Part shown: positions 12,001 to 24,369 of the stretch, one piece after another
Numbering within the stretch: position 1 is the stretch's first letter
How the letters are laid out: each line of letters opens with the position of its first letter
From: Mobula hypostoma
Taxonomy: Eukaryota
DNA: 64,000 nucleotides
Direction: 5' to 3'
Assembly: GCF_963921235.1 (NCBI RefSeq)
Contig: NC_086098.1
Location: forward strand, 7,998,001 to 8,062,000
Notes under the pieces: generated by a model
The model's input: only the letters and a program-made list of their open reading frames with translations
Told to the model about the DNA's origin: nothing
Databases searched by the model: none
Made by a program: the position numbers and the translations under genes

Positions 12001-12114
12001 ACCCGACCCCCCCACCCCAACTCTCCAGAATGTGTATAGCTGGCACCAAGATTTTAATATTTAAAGAGCTGAACTGAGGTTTAGTCCTCAATCACCAACT
12101 CTATTTGACACAAA

Positions 12115-12337
12115 GGATAGTCTAGAGGGTTGTCAGATGTTACAGAGGGACATCGATAGGATGCAGAACTGGGTTGAGAAGTGGCAGATGGAGTTGAACC
12201 CAGTTAAGTATGAAGTAGTTCATTTCGGTAGATCCAGTTTAAAGACAGAGTTTAATATTAACGGTATGAATTTTGGCAGTTTGGAGGATCAGAGAGATCT
12301 TGGGGTCCGCGTCCACAGGACACTCAAAGCTGCTGCA
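12115..12337 (+). mobile_element. CR1 RT fragment
   Basis: LQRDIDRMQNWVEKWQME..VVHFGR..QRDLGV. Confidence 0.85.
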
Positions 12338-12534
12338 TATCTCTCAATGCATGTGACAGTGTGAAGACAGAGAGCAGAACATCGAAAATAAAGCACAGAA
12401 CAGTACAACCAAGGAACAGGCCCTCAATCTACAATGGCTGCGCCAAATATGATGCCAAATTACCAAATTTTTGCTTGCCTGTACACGATTCATATCCCAC
12501 CATTCCCTTCACATTCATGCATCTCTCTAATAAC

Positions 12535-12680
12535 CCAAACACGAGAGATTCTGCCATTGCTGGAAGTTCAGTAGTCCTGATTAAGGGTCTCAGCCCAAAA
12601 TATTGACCCTTTGTTCCTTTCCATCGATGCTGCCTGACCTTTTGAGCTCCTCCAGCATACTCTGTGTGTTTCATCCAATA
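12535..12680 (+). mobile_element. Penelope terminal-repeat fragment with inverted end piece
   Basis: agtcctgattaagggtctcagcccaaaa (decayed hammerhead) preceded by an inverted 'gattctgc..gctggaa' piece. Confidence 0.6.
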
Positions 12681-12794
12681 ACCATAGCCCATTCCAGACA
12701 CCATCATCATCATCATTATGTGCCGAGTTGTATGATATGGGCGATCATGGTCTTTCTGTGACTACGATTGTTCCTGGCAAAGTTTAGGAGAGTA

Positions 12795-13299
12795 AAGGCT
12801 GATTTATACTTCTGCGTCAACTCAACGCCGTAGGTATGGCGTAGCCACGAATCCTACGCGGATCCCTACGCCATAGCCTGACGTGCACCTCTCCCAAAAT
12901 GCAACTAGGCGTGGCGGCAACGCAGACCGTAACATCTGTGATTGGTCCGCCTGGTAGCATCGCTTTCCCTCCTACGCTGCAATAGCTTCCCTTTGGGCGA
13001 CTGAAGGGCAGGGAAGGAACTCGGGCTGCAATGCTTTCCATAAAGCTTTACAGACCCTCCAAAATTATGGGGGACACATTTCCCTTTTACGAAAAAAAGA
13101 CGCTCGCTTTAACCTTTACCCCGAGAAAGACTACCATGACCATGAAGCCTTGCACGGGCAGGTGTGTGCGCACGTGCAACGTGCCCAAATTGCAGAGCGA
13201 CGCAAACACACCAATGCACAAGTATAAATGTTCACAATGCGCATCGGCCACTTGCGTAGGTTACGGCGTCGAGTTGATGCACAAGTGTAAATCAACCTT
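12795..13299. mobile_element. Non-autonomous DNA transposon (MITE, PIF/Harbinger-like TIRs)
   Basis: ~40-bp TIRs aaggctgatttatacttctgcgtcaactcaacgccgta / tacggcgtcgagttgatgcacaagtgtaaatcaacctt; flanked by TA; CpG-rich; no transposase. Confidence 0.85.
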
Positions 13300-13499
13300 T
13301 ACTCTGTCCCAGGTTACCAAAGTATCTCACATTAATAAATCCACAGCAAAAGTATCAAGAAGGAAATTAATACTTTTGAAATTATTCTTGAAAGTTTAAT
13401 AAGAGCTAAATGTTAGGTGTATTTGTCACATTTACATTGAAATTGAAATGTAGTGAAATGTTAAACAAAAGAGATTCTGAAGATACTGGAAATCCAAAT

Positions 13500-13890
13500 G
13501 CATTCATTCATTATGTGCTGTTTCATATGATGTAGGCCATCATAGTCTTGACTGTAATCGTGCTTGGCAAATTTTTCTACAGGAGTAGTTTTCCATTACC
13601 TTTTTCTGGGCAGTGTCTTTACAAGACTAGTGACCCCAGCCATTATCAATACCCTTCAGCGATTGTCTGCCTGATGTCAGTGGTCACATAACGAGGACTT
13701 GTGACCTGCACCAGCTGCTCATGACCATTCACCACCTGCTCCCATGGCTTCACATGACCTTGACCCGGGAGAGGGGGGGATTAGCTAAGCAGGTGCTACA
13801 ACTTGTCCATGGGTGACCTTTAGACTAGCGGAGGGAAGAAGCACCTTACACCTCTTTTGGCAAAGACGGATCCCCACACCACCACACGCC
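13500..13890 (-). mobile_element. RTE-dependent short non-autonomous element
   Basis: Same element at 12700-12785, 44615-44940 and 51455-51840; RTE-like 3' end (..gcacataatgatg) and 'gtagcacctgc' block shared with the RTE 5'UTR. Confidence 0.65.
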
Positions 13891-13929
13891 TATTACTCTA
13901 TGAAATAAACATCTCCTTTCCCCCTGTTG

Positions 13930-14615
13930 TGGCATCACAGGTAGACAGGGTCATAAAGAAAGCTTTTGGCATGTTGGCTTTCATAAATCAATATATTGAG
14001 CAAGGAGATGGGATGTTATGTTGAAGTATCAGATGCTGGTGAGGCCTAATTTGGAGTGCTGTGTGCAGTTTCGGTCACCTACCTACACGAAAGATGTAAA
14101 CAAGGTTGAAAGAGTACAGAGAAAATTTACAAGAATGTTGCCAGGTTTGGAGGACCTGAGTTATAAGGAAAGATTGAATAGGTTAGAACTGTATACTTCA
14201 TAATATAGAATATTGAGAGGAGATTTGATAGAGGTATATACGTTTGTGAGGGGTACAGATAGGATAAATGCAAGCAGGATTTTTCCACTGAGTTTGGGTG
14301 GGACTACAACCAAAGGTCATGGGTTAAGGGTGAAAGTTGGAAAGTTTAAGGGGAACATGAGGGGAAACTTCTACACTCAGAGGGTGGTGAGAGTGTGGAA
14401 CAAGCTTCCAGTGCAAGTGGTGCATGGAGCTCGATTTCAACATTTAAGTGAAGTTTGGTTAGATACATGGATGGTAGGGGAACATAGATGGTATATGGAT
14501 CATAGGGATATGGAGAGCAATGGCCCTGATGCAAGTCATTGGGAGTAAGCAGTTTAAATGGTGTTGGCATGGACTAGATGGAATGAAGGGCCTGCTTCTG
14601 TGCTGTACTTCTTCT
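13930..14615 (+). mobile_element. CR1 3' fragment (degenerate)
   Basis: ORFs 14018-14203 and 14213-14548. Confidence 0.85.
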
Positions 14616-14809
14616 AATCTTATAAATTTCTATTCAGGTCTCCTTCTGGTCTCTGCTGCTCCAGGGAAAACATCCCTAGTTTGTCCAATCTCTCCTTATA
14701 GCTCATGCCCCCTAATCCAGGCAGTGTAATTTTTTTCTGCACCCTTTCCAAAGCTCCAAGTTCAAGTTTAATTGTCATTCAACCATACATGAATACAGCC
14801 AAACAAAAC

Positions 14810-15700
14810 AGAAACAGGCCATCTTGGCCCTTCTAGTCCGTGCCGAACGCTTACTCTCACCTAGTCCCACTGACCTGCACACAGTCCATAACCCTCCATT
14901 CCTTTCCGGTCCATATACCTATCCAATTTTACTTTAAATGACAATATCAGACCTGCCTCTACCACTTCTACTGGAAGCTAGTTCCACACAGCTACCGCTC
15001 TCTGGGTAAAGAAGTTCCCCCTCGTGTTACCCCTAAACTTTTGCCCTTTAACTCTCAACTCATGTCCTCTTGTTTGAATCTCCCCCACTCTCAATGGAAA
15101 AAGCCTATCCACGTCAACCCTATCTATCCCCCTCATAATCTTAAATACCTCTATCAAGTCCCCCCCTCAACCTTCTACGCTCTGAAGAATAGAGACCCAA
15201 CTTGTTCAACCTTTCTCTGTAATTTAGGTGATGAAACCCAGGTTACATTCTAGTAAATCTTCTCTGTACTCTCTCTATTTTGTTGACATCTTTCCTATAA
15301 TTCAGTGACCAGAACTGTACACAATACTCCAAATTTGGCCTCACCAATGCCTTGTACAATTTTAACATTACCTCCTAACTCCTATACTCAATGCTCTGAT
15401 TTATAAAGACCAGCATACCAAAAGCTTTCTTCACCACCCTATCCACATGAGATTCCACCTTCAGGGAACTATGCACCATTATTCCTAGATCCCTCTGTTC
15501 TACTGCATTCTTCAATGCCCTACCATTTACCATGTATATCCCATTTTGATTAGTCCTACCAAAATATAGCACCTCACATTTATCAGCATTAAACTCCATC
15601 TGCCATCTTTCAGACTACTCTTCTAACTGGCCTAAATCTCTCTGCAAGCTTTGAAAACCTACTTCATTATCCACAACTCCACCTATCTTAGTATCATCTG
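14810..15700 (-). mobile_element. 5'-truncated CR1 LINE
   Basis: ORF 15375-15599 MEFNADKCEV..QRDLG; close relative of 63148-63937. Confidence 0.9.
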
Positions 15701-16094
15701 CTGCTGAGCGAACACTGGAGAGTAGCACCAACTCTAGCCTGGATGCTGCTTCACACTGCGCACCAACTCAACACCTCTCTCCTTGGCAGCTGTGAACAGG
15801 CAACACCATGGTTTGAGGCCTAGTCATTGCTAAGACCTAGGTCACACAGCTCCCCTGTGATCTACCAATAAATCAGGAATCAAGCTTGCAACATTCCATG
15901 TTAACAATTTCTAACAGGGTCTTGCGAGTACAAGAATAGAGATTAAGATGATCACTCGCTGTTAGACTGCACAGTTAGATTCCTTCAATGCCTCTCAGAT
16001 GCGGGCAGCATCATGGTCCACACCAAATCCAGATCCTTCACTTTCCCTACAATGAGCACTGATGGCAGAGACCTGCAGTACTTTAAGTCTTCGC

Positions 16095-17002
16095 AGACAC
16101 GAGGAAATTTGCAGATGTTAGAAATTCAAGCAACACACACAATAAATGCTGGTGAATGCAGCAGGCCAGGCAGCATCTATAGGAAGAGGTACAGTAGACA
16201 TTTCGGGCCGAGACTCTTTGTCAGGACTAACTGAAAGAAGAGATAGTAAGAGATTTGAAAGTAGGAGGAGGAGGGGGAGATCTGAAATGATAGGAGAAGA
16301 CAGGAGGGGAGGGGTGGATCTAACAGCTGGACAGTTGATTAGCAAAAGGGATACCAGACTGGAGAAGGGAGAGGATCATGTGACAGGAAGCCTGGGGAGA
16401 GAGAGAAGTGGGGAGGGGAGCCTGGAGGGTGGAGAGCAGGCAAGGAGTTATAGTGAGAGGGACAGAGGGAGAAAAAAGAGAGCGAGAGAAAAAAGGGGAG
16501 GAAATAAAAAATATGTTAAATAAATAAATAAGGGATGGGGTGTGTAGGGGAGGAAGGGCATTAACGGAAGTTAGAGAAGTCAATATTCATGCCATCAGGT
16601 TGGAGGCTACTCAGATGGAATATAAGGTGTTGTTCCTCCAACCTAAGTGTGGTGAATGGTAGTGAGGGAGGAAGCGTAAGGACATGTGTAGCACTTGTTC
16701 TGTTTACAAGGATAAGTGCTGGGAGGGAGATCGGTGGGAAGGGAAGTGGGGGGGTGGGGAACGAATGGACAAGGGAGTCGCGTAGGGAGTGATCCCTGTG
16801 GAAAGCAGAAAGGGAGGGGGAGGGAAAGACATGCTTGGTGGTGGGATCACGTTGGAGGTGGCGGAAGTTACGGAGAATTATATGTTGGACCCGGAGGCTG
16901 GTGGGGTGTTAGGTAAGGGCAAAGGGAACCCTATTCCTAGTGGGGTGGCAGGAGGTTGGTGTGAGAGCAGATGTGCGTGAAATGGGAGAGATGCCTTTGA
17001 GA
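16095..17002 (-). mobile_element. Penelope-like element 3' portion (linker/GIY-YIG remnants plus terminal repeat)
   Basis: Minus strand: GIPFA..YHPTSL..PPPPLSAFHRDHSLRDSL..TYPCKQNKCYTCP..RLEEQHLIFHLSSLQPDGMNIDFSNF; hammerhead remnant at 16192-16228. Confidence 0.8.
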
Positions 17003-18069
17003 TACTTTAAGTCTTAATGTCTCGCAGGGTCTTGAAATCAGAAAAAATACTTTTTAAAAAAGACAATAACTCCTTTGGCTGAGCATGTTGAAACTGCTGC
17101 CATCTTACTGGAAGCCTCCACATCCTTCCTTTATGGGGAAAACAGAAATTTCAACAATGTTTGAAACGAATCCCAAAGTAGAGACGTTTCTTACTTCTTC
17201 CATCTCTAATCACCTAAGCTCAACTGTTCTCTTTCCAGAACCCAAGGAGTGTTGAGCAACACACTGAAAATACTGGAGAAAGCCAGCAGGTCTGGCAGCG
17301 TCCATGGAGAGAAACATTGGAGGATCACAGCACGAAACAACAGTTCATTCATCTGCCTGGCAAATCAATTTCCTCTGGCACTTTGTGCTCAGTATTTCCA
17401 GCCTCTGCAGAAACGCTTGCATCTGAGGGGTATTTCTCCCTCCTGCAGGTCATGTTTCTCAGTTGTCATGAACTGAATCTGGTGAAGAAGAGAACAGTAA
17501 GTGGGGACTTCTGTTAACCCTGACAACATTGCACTAACCTTTGTGGATGTGCAAAATTCAGCAGGAGGAGATAATAAGATACACAGGGAGATGAATATGT
17601 CGGGATATGAGTCCCGAAACACTTCCCGAGGTGAACTGAGAGTGTGAAGTGCACTGTGTAAGATCATGCAGAAAGTCAGAAAGTTCTTTAAAAATGAGAA
17701 GGTTAGGTAATTGTGAATGTCATATTTGCTTACCCTGATGCAGTATTTAAAGGTCTTCCTGATCCCTTTGCACATGATGCCCTGATGAGGTAATTACCTA
17801 TTCTGAGTTTGTCATTTCCAGGTGCTGAAGGTGACTTTCGATATTATTGTTAAATGTTGCATTCCACCCCTTCATATTGGTTTTAATCAGCTGTATTCAT
17901 GTGAAATGTAGATTAAATAATCCTGCTCAGCGGGTTGATTGGCTAGGGGCAGGAAGCCTGTTGAAGTAATATCTTTAAAGAAGTACTGCTTCTCATTACA
18001 GCTCTATGTAGTGTGCATTCTGTTTAATTCATACAGTTGTGTTTCAGTAAACTTATTCTGTTTTATTAT

Positions 18070-18210
18070 TAAGTCCTGAGGAGCATCTCAGCCTGAAATA
18101 TTGACTGTTTATTCATTTCCATTGATGCTGCCTGACCAGCTGAGTTCCTCCAGGATTTTGTGTGTGTTACTTTGGATTTCCAGCATCTGCAGAATCTCTT
18201 GTGTTTAAAA
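18070..18210 (+). mobile_element. Penelope terminal-repeat fragment
   Basis: agtcctgaggagcatctcagcctgaaatattgactg followed by the shared block ending ccagcatctgcagaatctcttgtgttt. Confidence 0.7.
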
Positions 18211-18707
18211 CTTATTCTGCACCCGACAAGAACATAGACCGTAGTACAGTAAAATAAAGTACGAGACCTTCAGCCCACAATGATGTGCCGCACAACAGAC
18301 AGCAGCAGTGATCCCTGGGTACTCCATCAAGGCCTGCCACCTGAGAGCTTGATGTCAGCCTCCAAGTCAAAGATCACAGTGCTTGGATCACCTGGGCTTT
18401 ACACGTACGTAGGTCAGGTTGCTACTTACTGTCTACAGCTGAGCATCTAATATCATCATTCCTACAGTCTTGATCAAAAAACTACAAAATCTGGGCCTCC
18501 TTGACTTCCTAACTGGAAGACCACAATCTATGTGGAGTGGAAATAACATACCCACATCACTGACGATCAACATGGGCATACCTCAGGGGTGTGTGCTTAG
18601 CCCACTGCTTTACTCTCTCTACACCCATGACTGTGTGGCTAGGCACAGCTCAAATACCATCTATAAATTTGCTGAGGATACAACCATTATTAGCAGAATC
18701 TCAGATA

Positions 18708-19748
18708 TGCCAGTCAGTGGTGAGTGGGGTGCCGTAGGGGTTAGTTCTGGGCCCGCAGCTGTTTACCATTTACTTTGATGATTTGGAAGAGGGGACTGAG
18801 TGTAGCGTAGCAAAATTTGCTGATGACACTAAACTGAGTGGAAAAGCAAAATGTACAGAGGATGCAGAGAGTCTGCAGAGGGATATAGATAGGTTAAGTG
18901 AATGGGCCAAGGTCTGGCAGATGGAATACAACGTTGGTAAATGCGAGATCATCCACTTTGGAAGGAATAATAGAAGAGCAGATTATTATTTAAATAGTGA
19001 AAGATTGCAGCATGCTGTTGTGCAGGGGGATTTGGGAGTGCTTGTTCATGAATTGCAAAAAGTTGGCTTGCAGGTACAACAGGTTATTAAGAAGGCAAAT
19101 GGTATGTTGGCCTTCACTGCTAGAGGGATTGAATTCAAGAGCAGGGAGGTCATGCTGCAGCTATACAGGGTACTGGTGAGACTGCACCTGGAGTACTGTG
19201 TGTAGTTCTGGTCTCCATACTTGAGGAAGGATATACTGGCTTTGGAGGCAGTGCAGAGGAGGTTCACCAGGTTGATTACAGGGATGAAGGGGTTAATCTA
19301 TGAGGAGAGATTGAGTCGCCTGGGACTATACTCTCTGGAGTTCAGAAGAATGAGAGGGGATCTTACAGAAACATACAAAATTTTGAAAGGAATAGATAAA
19401 ATAGAAGTAGGAAAGTTGTTTCCATTGGTAGGTGAGACTCGATCTAGAGGACATTGCTTCAAGATTCATGGGAGAAGATTTAGGACGGAGATGAGGAGAA
19501 ACTGGTTTTCCCAGAGAGTGGTTAATCTGTGGAATTCTCTGCCCAGGGAAGCAGTTAAGGCTTCTTCACTAAATATATTTAAGAAACAGATAGGTTTTTA
19601 CATAGTAAGAGAAGTAAGGGTTATGGGGAAAAGGCAGGTAGATGGAGCTGAGTTTACGGACAGATCAGCCATGATCTTATTGAATGGCGGGGCAGGTTTG
19701 ATGGGCCAAATGGCCTACTCCTGCTCCTATTTCTTGTGTTCTTACGTA
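18708..19748 (+). mobile_element. 5'-truncated CR1 LINE nested in Rex1
   Basis: ORFs 18783-19205 (KFADDTKL) and 19221-19793. Confidence 0.92.
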
Positions 19749-20181
19749 ATTAGTGGAGTGGTATCACAGCAACAACTTTGCCTTCAGCATTAATAAGACC
19801 AAAGAGCTGATTGTGGATGTCAGAAAGAGTAGGGCAAGGAAACACACACCAGTCCTCATAGAGGGATCAGAAGTGGAGAGAGTGAGCAATTTCAGGTTCC
19901 TGGCTTTTAATATCTCCGAGGAGTTAAGCTGATCTCAACATATCGATGCAGCTATAAAGAAGCCAAGACAGCGGATATAATACGTTAGGAGTTTGAAGAG
20001 ATTTGGTTTGTCACCTAAAGCCCTCACAAATTTCTACAGATGTATGGTGGAGAGCATTCTGACTGGCTGCATCACTGTCTGGTATGGGCAGGGTGGTGGG
20101 CAACTATACAGGATCAAAGTAAATTGCAGAGAGTTGTAAAATTAGGCAGCTCCATCATGGGCACTGGCTTCTGTAGTATCT

Positions 20182-20575
20182 AAGCAACACACACAAAATG
20201 CTGGAAGAACTCAGCAAGCCAGGCAGCATTTAGGGAAAAGAGTATAGTCTGTGTTTAGGGCCTAAACCCTTCGGCAGGACTGGAGAAAAGAAAACGAAGA
20301 GTAGATTTATAACGTGGGGGGAGGGGAGAAAGAAGCACGAGGTGAAAGGTGAAACCTGGAGGGGAAGGGGTGAAGTAAAGAAGTTGATTGGTGAAAGAGA
20401 CAGAAGGCCATGGAATAAAGAAAGAGGGGGAAGGAGCACTAGAGGGAGGCGATGGGCGGGCAGGGATATGAGGTGACAGAGGGTAAAGAAGATGGGAAAT
20501 AGAGAAGGGGAGGGCGGTTTGGCGGGCATTACCGGAGGTTTGAGAAATCGATGCTCATGCCATCAGGTTGGAGTC
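20182..20575 (-). mobile_element. Penelope terminal-repeat fragment
   Basis: Same as 16095-16620; decayed hammerhead at ~20244-20283. Confidence 0.75.
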
Positions 20576-20662
20576 TTTTCCCATAATATCCAAGACATCT
20601 TCAAGGAATGGTGCCCCAAAAAGTTGGCATCCATCATTAAAAACCCCAGTCATCCAGGAGAT

Positions 20663-20846
20663 TCAAGCAACACACATCAAAGTTGCTGGTGAACGCAGCA
20701 GGCCAGGCAGCATCTCTAGGAAGAGGTGCAGTCGACGTTTCAGGCCGAGACCCTTCGTCAGAGTCCTGCCTGGCCTGCTGCGTTCACCAGCAACTTTGAT
20801 GTGTGTTGCTTGAATTTCCAGCATCTGCAGAATTCCTGTTGTTTGC
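20663..20846. mobile_element. Young palindromic Penelope terminal-repeat insertion
   Basis: Perfect 49-bp inverted repeat (20662-20710 / 20766-20814); 14-bp TSD gtcatccaggagat at 20649-20662 and 20847-20860. Confidence 0.88.
20729..20761 (-). ncRNA. Minimal type I hammerhead ribozyme core (5' arm of stem I lost)
   Basis: Minus strand CTGACGA-AGG-gtctcgg-CCT-GAAA-CG-TC^GACTG: all conserved core nucleotides present, palindromic ACGT in stem III. Confidence 0.7.
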
Positions 20847-21375
20847 GTCATCCAGGAGATGAGTTCTTTTCATTGTTACCATCAGGAAGGAGGTACAGAA
20901 GCCTGTAGGCACAACCTCAATGATTCAGGAACAGCTCTTCCCCGTTGCCATCGATTTCTGAATGGACATAGAACCCATGAACACTACCTCACTATTATTT
21001 CTGTTTTTGCTCTACTTATTTAATTTAACTATTATAGATATTTATACTTACTGCAATTCTCAGTTTTTTCCATATTATTATGTATTGCATTGTACCGCTG
21101 CTGCAAAGACAACAAATTTCACAACATATGCCAGTGATATTAAACCGGATCCTGATTCTGTATTCTGCTAACCACAACGCTACCGTGCTGTGCAACTGGT
21201 CCCTGCCAACCAAGATGCCCATCTAGAGCATAGAACATAGAACATGAAACTTAGGACAGAACATACAACATGCAACATAGAACAGTACAGGCCTGTCCCC
21301 CACCGACCTCCCCACAGTGCCGTGCCGACCTCTTAACCAAGATCAAGCTAATTCTTTCCTTCCACGTAGCCCTTC

Positions 21376-22000
21376 ATATCCGTCGAGGAGAGAGGACCGG
21401 GTCGAGACAACAGAGACTTATGGAGAAGAGGAGTTCGGTGGGTAATAAAATGGGCAAATTCACGGCGCTAGCCAGGCGTCAGAGAACATTTCAGGAGTGC
21501 AGTGTTATGTGTTTCACTGGAATGAGGCTGCACGAGGACATTCCCGATCAAAACTTCTCCATGGACGGCTTCCAGACCGTTCCGGCTGACCGGAAGTGCA
21601 CTGAGAGCGGTAAGCGTAAAGGAGTTGGGTGCTTACTGTTCTGGTTAACAACAGATGGTGAAATCTGGGTCATATTACGATCGAGGAACGTGTTTGTAGA
21701 CTGGATATTGAAATTTTTACTGTTGGACTTCGGCCACATTCCACCGTGATACAACACTGGGCGGCGCAGGAGGTCGTTCCTGCCTGTGGCCATTGAACGT
21801 GCAGCTCCTCCCGTGGAAGGTCAGACACCCTGAGTCAATAGACTGGTCCTGGACTTATTTTCCATCTGGCATAGTTTGCATTTTGTTGTTTGATTGTTTT
21901 CGGTTTTTGTATTGCTATATTTACGCTCTATTCTTGGTTGGTGCGGCTGTAACGAAACCCAATTTCCCTCGGGATTAATAAAGTATATCTATCTATCTAT
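21376..22000 (+). mobile_element. Internally deleted Rex1/Babar derivative (endonuclease N-terminus fused to 3' end)
   Basis: GNKMGKF..FQECSVMCFT..RLHEDIPD..ADRKCTESGKRKG joined to IPP..RRSFLPVAI plus 3'UTR and (TATC)n tail. Confidence 0.82.
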
Positions 22001-22944
22001 ATTTCCTTCATCCATGTGCCACCTAAGAATCTCTTAAATGTCACTAATATCTCTACCCCCTCACCTGACAGGGCGCTCTATGCACCCACCACATCTGTGT
22101 GAAGAACTTACCTCTGGAATCTCTCTCTCTTTACTTTCTTCCAATCACGGTAAAATTATGCCCTCTTGTCAGAGCCATTCGTGCCTGGGGTCTACACCCA
22201 TTCAATTTTTACTTATTGTCTTGTGCACCTCTGTCTCGTCACCTCTCATCTTCCTTCACTCTGAAGAGCAGAGCCTTGGGCTGCTCAACCTTTCCATTGA
22301 CTGAGGCAAGAAGAGGAGATTAAAATGCACCTCAGAGGTAAGGCAGCGGAGCTGAGGCTGGGCGTCAGGACATGGAATGTAGAGGTTAATGAATTCCACT
22401 ACGCTAGATTGAACTGAACTAAATACACCAGGACAGGTTCGATGATTTGCTCTTTGCTGTTTTATATTCTGTGTACTTCACTCATTTTCTCTTCTACATG
22501 GTTTATTCCTCTGTTTGCGCATCGCCGGTTTGGTGTTTTCCGTTGAACGGATTCCATAGCTTTCCTTCATTGTTTCATGGCTGTCTGTGAGAAGACAAAT
22601 CTTAGGGCTGTACACTGCATGCATACTTTGATAATAAATGTACTTTGAATCTTTGACTATAGAACAGAGAACATTACAGCTCAATATAGGCCCTTTGTCC
22701 CAAGATGTTGTGCCAGCATTTTAATTTACTCCAAGATCAACCTAACCCTTCACTCGCACATGTCTCTCCATTTTTTATCACCCATCTGCCCATCTAAGTG
22801 TCTCTTCAATGTTCCTGATGTAACCCCTGGGGTCCACAGCCCCTGGCAGCACGTTCCATGCACCTCACACTCTCAGTGTAAAAAATCTACCTCTGAGATC
22901 CGTGCCCACCCCATGCAAAACCTACCTCTGACATCCCCCCCTAT

Positions 22945-23220
22945 GCAACACACACAAAATGCTGGAGGAACTCAGCAGGTCAGGCAGCATCCATGGAAAA
23001 GGATAAACAGTCAACGTTTCAAGCTAAGACCCTTCTTCGGGAAGATGCCTGAATAAAAAGGTGAGGAAAGGGGAAGGAGAGGAGCTGGATGGTGACAGGT
23101 GAAGCCAGGTGGGTGGGAAAGGTAAAGGGCTGGAGAGGAAGGAATCTGACAGGGCAGGAGAGTGCACCATGAGAGAAAGGGAAGGAGGAATGGGGCCCAG
23201 GGGGAGGTGATAGGCAGGGG
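22945..23220 (-). mobile_element. Penelope terminal-repeat fragment
   Basis: caacacacacaaaatgctggaggaactcagc..cagtcaacgtttcaagctaagacccttc. Confidence 0.75.
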
Positions 23221-23644
23221 ATTCCCCTGTGCTTTCCTCCAATAACCTTCAAATTATGCCCCTTTACATTAGCCTTTGATTTAACCTGACAGTAACTCCA
23301 ATATCCTTCAATAAATGACTCCCCAGAGGCAAATGTTGAAATAATAGTTAATTTTTGTGTAACAAATGGGCTATGAATAATGACTGCAAATTATTATTAT
23401 TATTACTGTATTTGCACAAATTGTCTTCCTTTGCACAGTTGTTTGACAGTCTTCGTTTATGAATAGTTTTTCATAAATTCTGGTGTATTTTTTTATTCTC
23501 CTGTAAATGCCTGCAAGGAAATGAACTTCAAGGTACTATCTGGTGACATACGTGTACTTTGATGATAAATTTTACTTTGACTTTACAGTTGTAGTCGTAT
23601 AAAATTATTTCTTATTGTAATTTATAGTATATTTAATGCATTGC

Positions 23645-23965
23645 ATGGTCTCTGAGGCCTCCGTGGGTCAGGGTCGATCATGGATATTGCATCCTAGTGT
23701 CTAGATACACAAACCAGGACAGTATGATATGGAGAGCAGGCTGTTGCCCATGTAGCAAGATCCCCCTCTCCACGCATCTGATGAACCCAAAGGTACGGCA
23801 GAGACAAATAGAGTTTGCACCAGCAGAGTCACAGGAGTTGCTAGTCAGCGATGAACTCAATGTAGGACCGCCTTAGGGCAGTCTGCTCTGGACTTTTTCC
23901 TTGGTGGTTACTCTTGAAACCTTCGCCATGAGTGGATATAGCTGCAAGGGAGTGGAGTTTTCAGA
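23645..23965. repeat. Interspersed repeat (probably derived from an RTE 5'UTR); related copy at 61215-61545 in opposite orientation
   Basis: Shared blocks gctgttgcccatg..ccctctccacg..ctgatg..ccaa.gg..ggca and ccttaggg. Confidence 0.5.
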
Positions 23966-24369
23966 AGAAGGTTTAATACCAGTGGAGTATGTTGTGAAAT
24001 TTGTTGACTGGGCGGCTGTAGTACAATGCAATACATAATAATAAAGCCATAAATCACAGTGAGTAAAACCATGAATGACAGTAAATATATAGATATAATC
24101 GTTAAAGTAAATAAGTAGTGCAAATATGAAGATAAAAAGGTAGTGAGGTAGTTCTCATGCGTTCAATGTCCATTCAGAAATTGGATGGCAGAGGGGAAGA
24201 AGCTGTTCCTGAATCATTGAGTGTGTGCCTTCAGGCTTTAGTACCTGTTCCTGATGGTGACAATGAGAACAAGGCATGACCTGGGTGATGGGGGTCCTTA
24301 ATGATGGGCAATGCATTGCTCTTCGAAGCATTACTCCTTGAAGGTGTGCTGGATACTATGGAGTACTCA

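Larger units (their letters stand above)
18440..21160 (+). mobile_element. Rex1/Babar LINE (RT to 3' end), interrupted by CR1 and two Penelope pieces
   Basis: [34 protein letters not shown]; resumes at ~19750 (KTKELIVD), ~20580 and 20861. Confidence 0.85.

Noticed and set aside
23778..23810. CTGATGA followed by small hairpin acc-caaa-ggt
   Set aside because: No GAAA after the stem, and the related copy near 61395 lacks the CUGANGA core.
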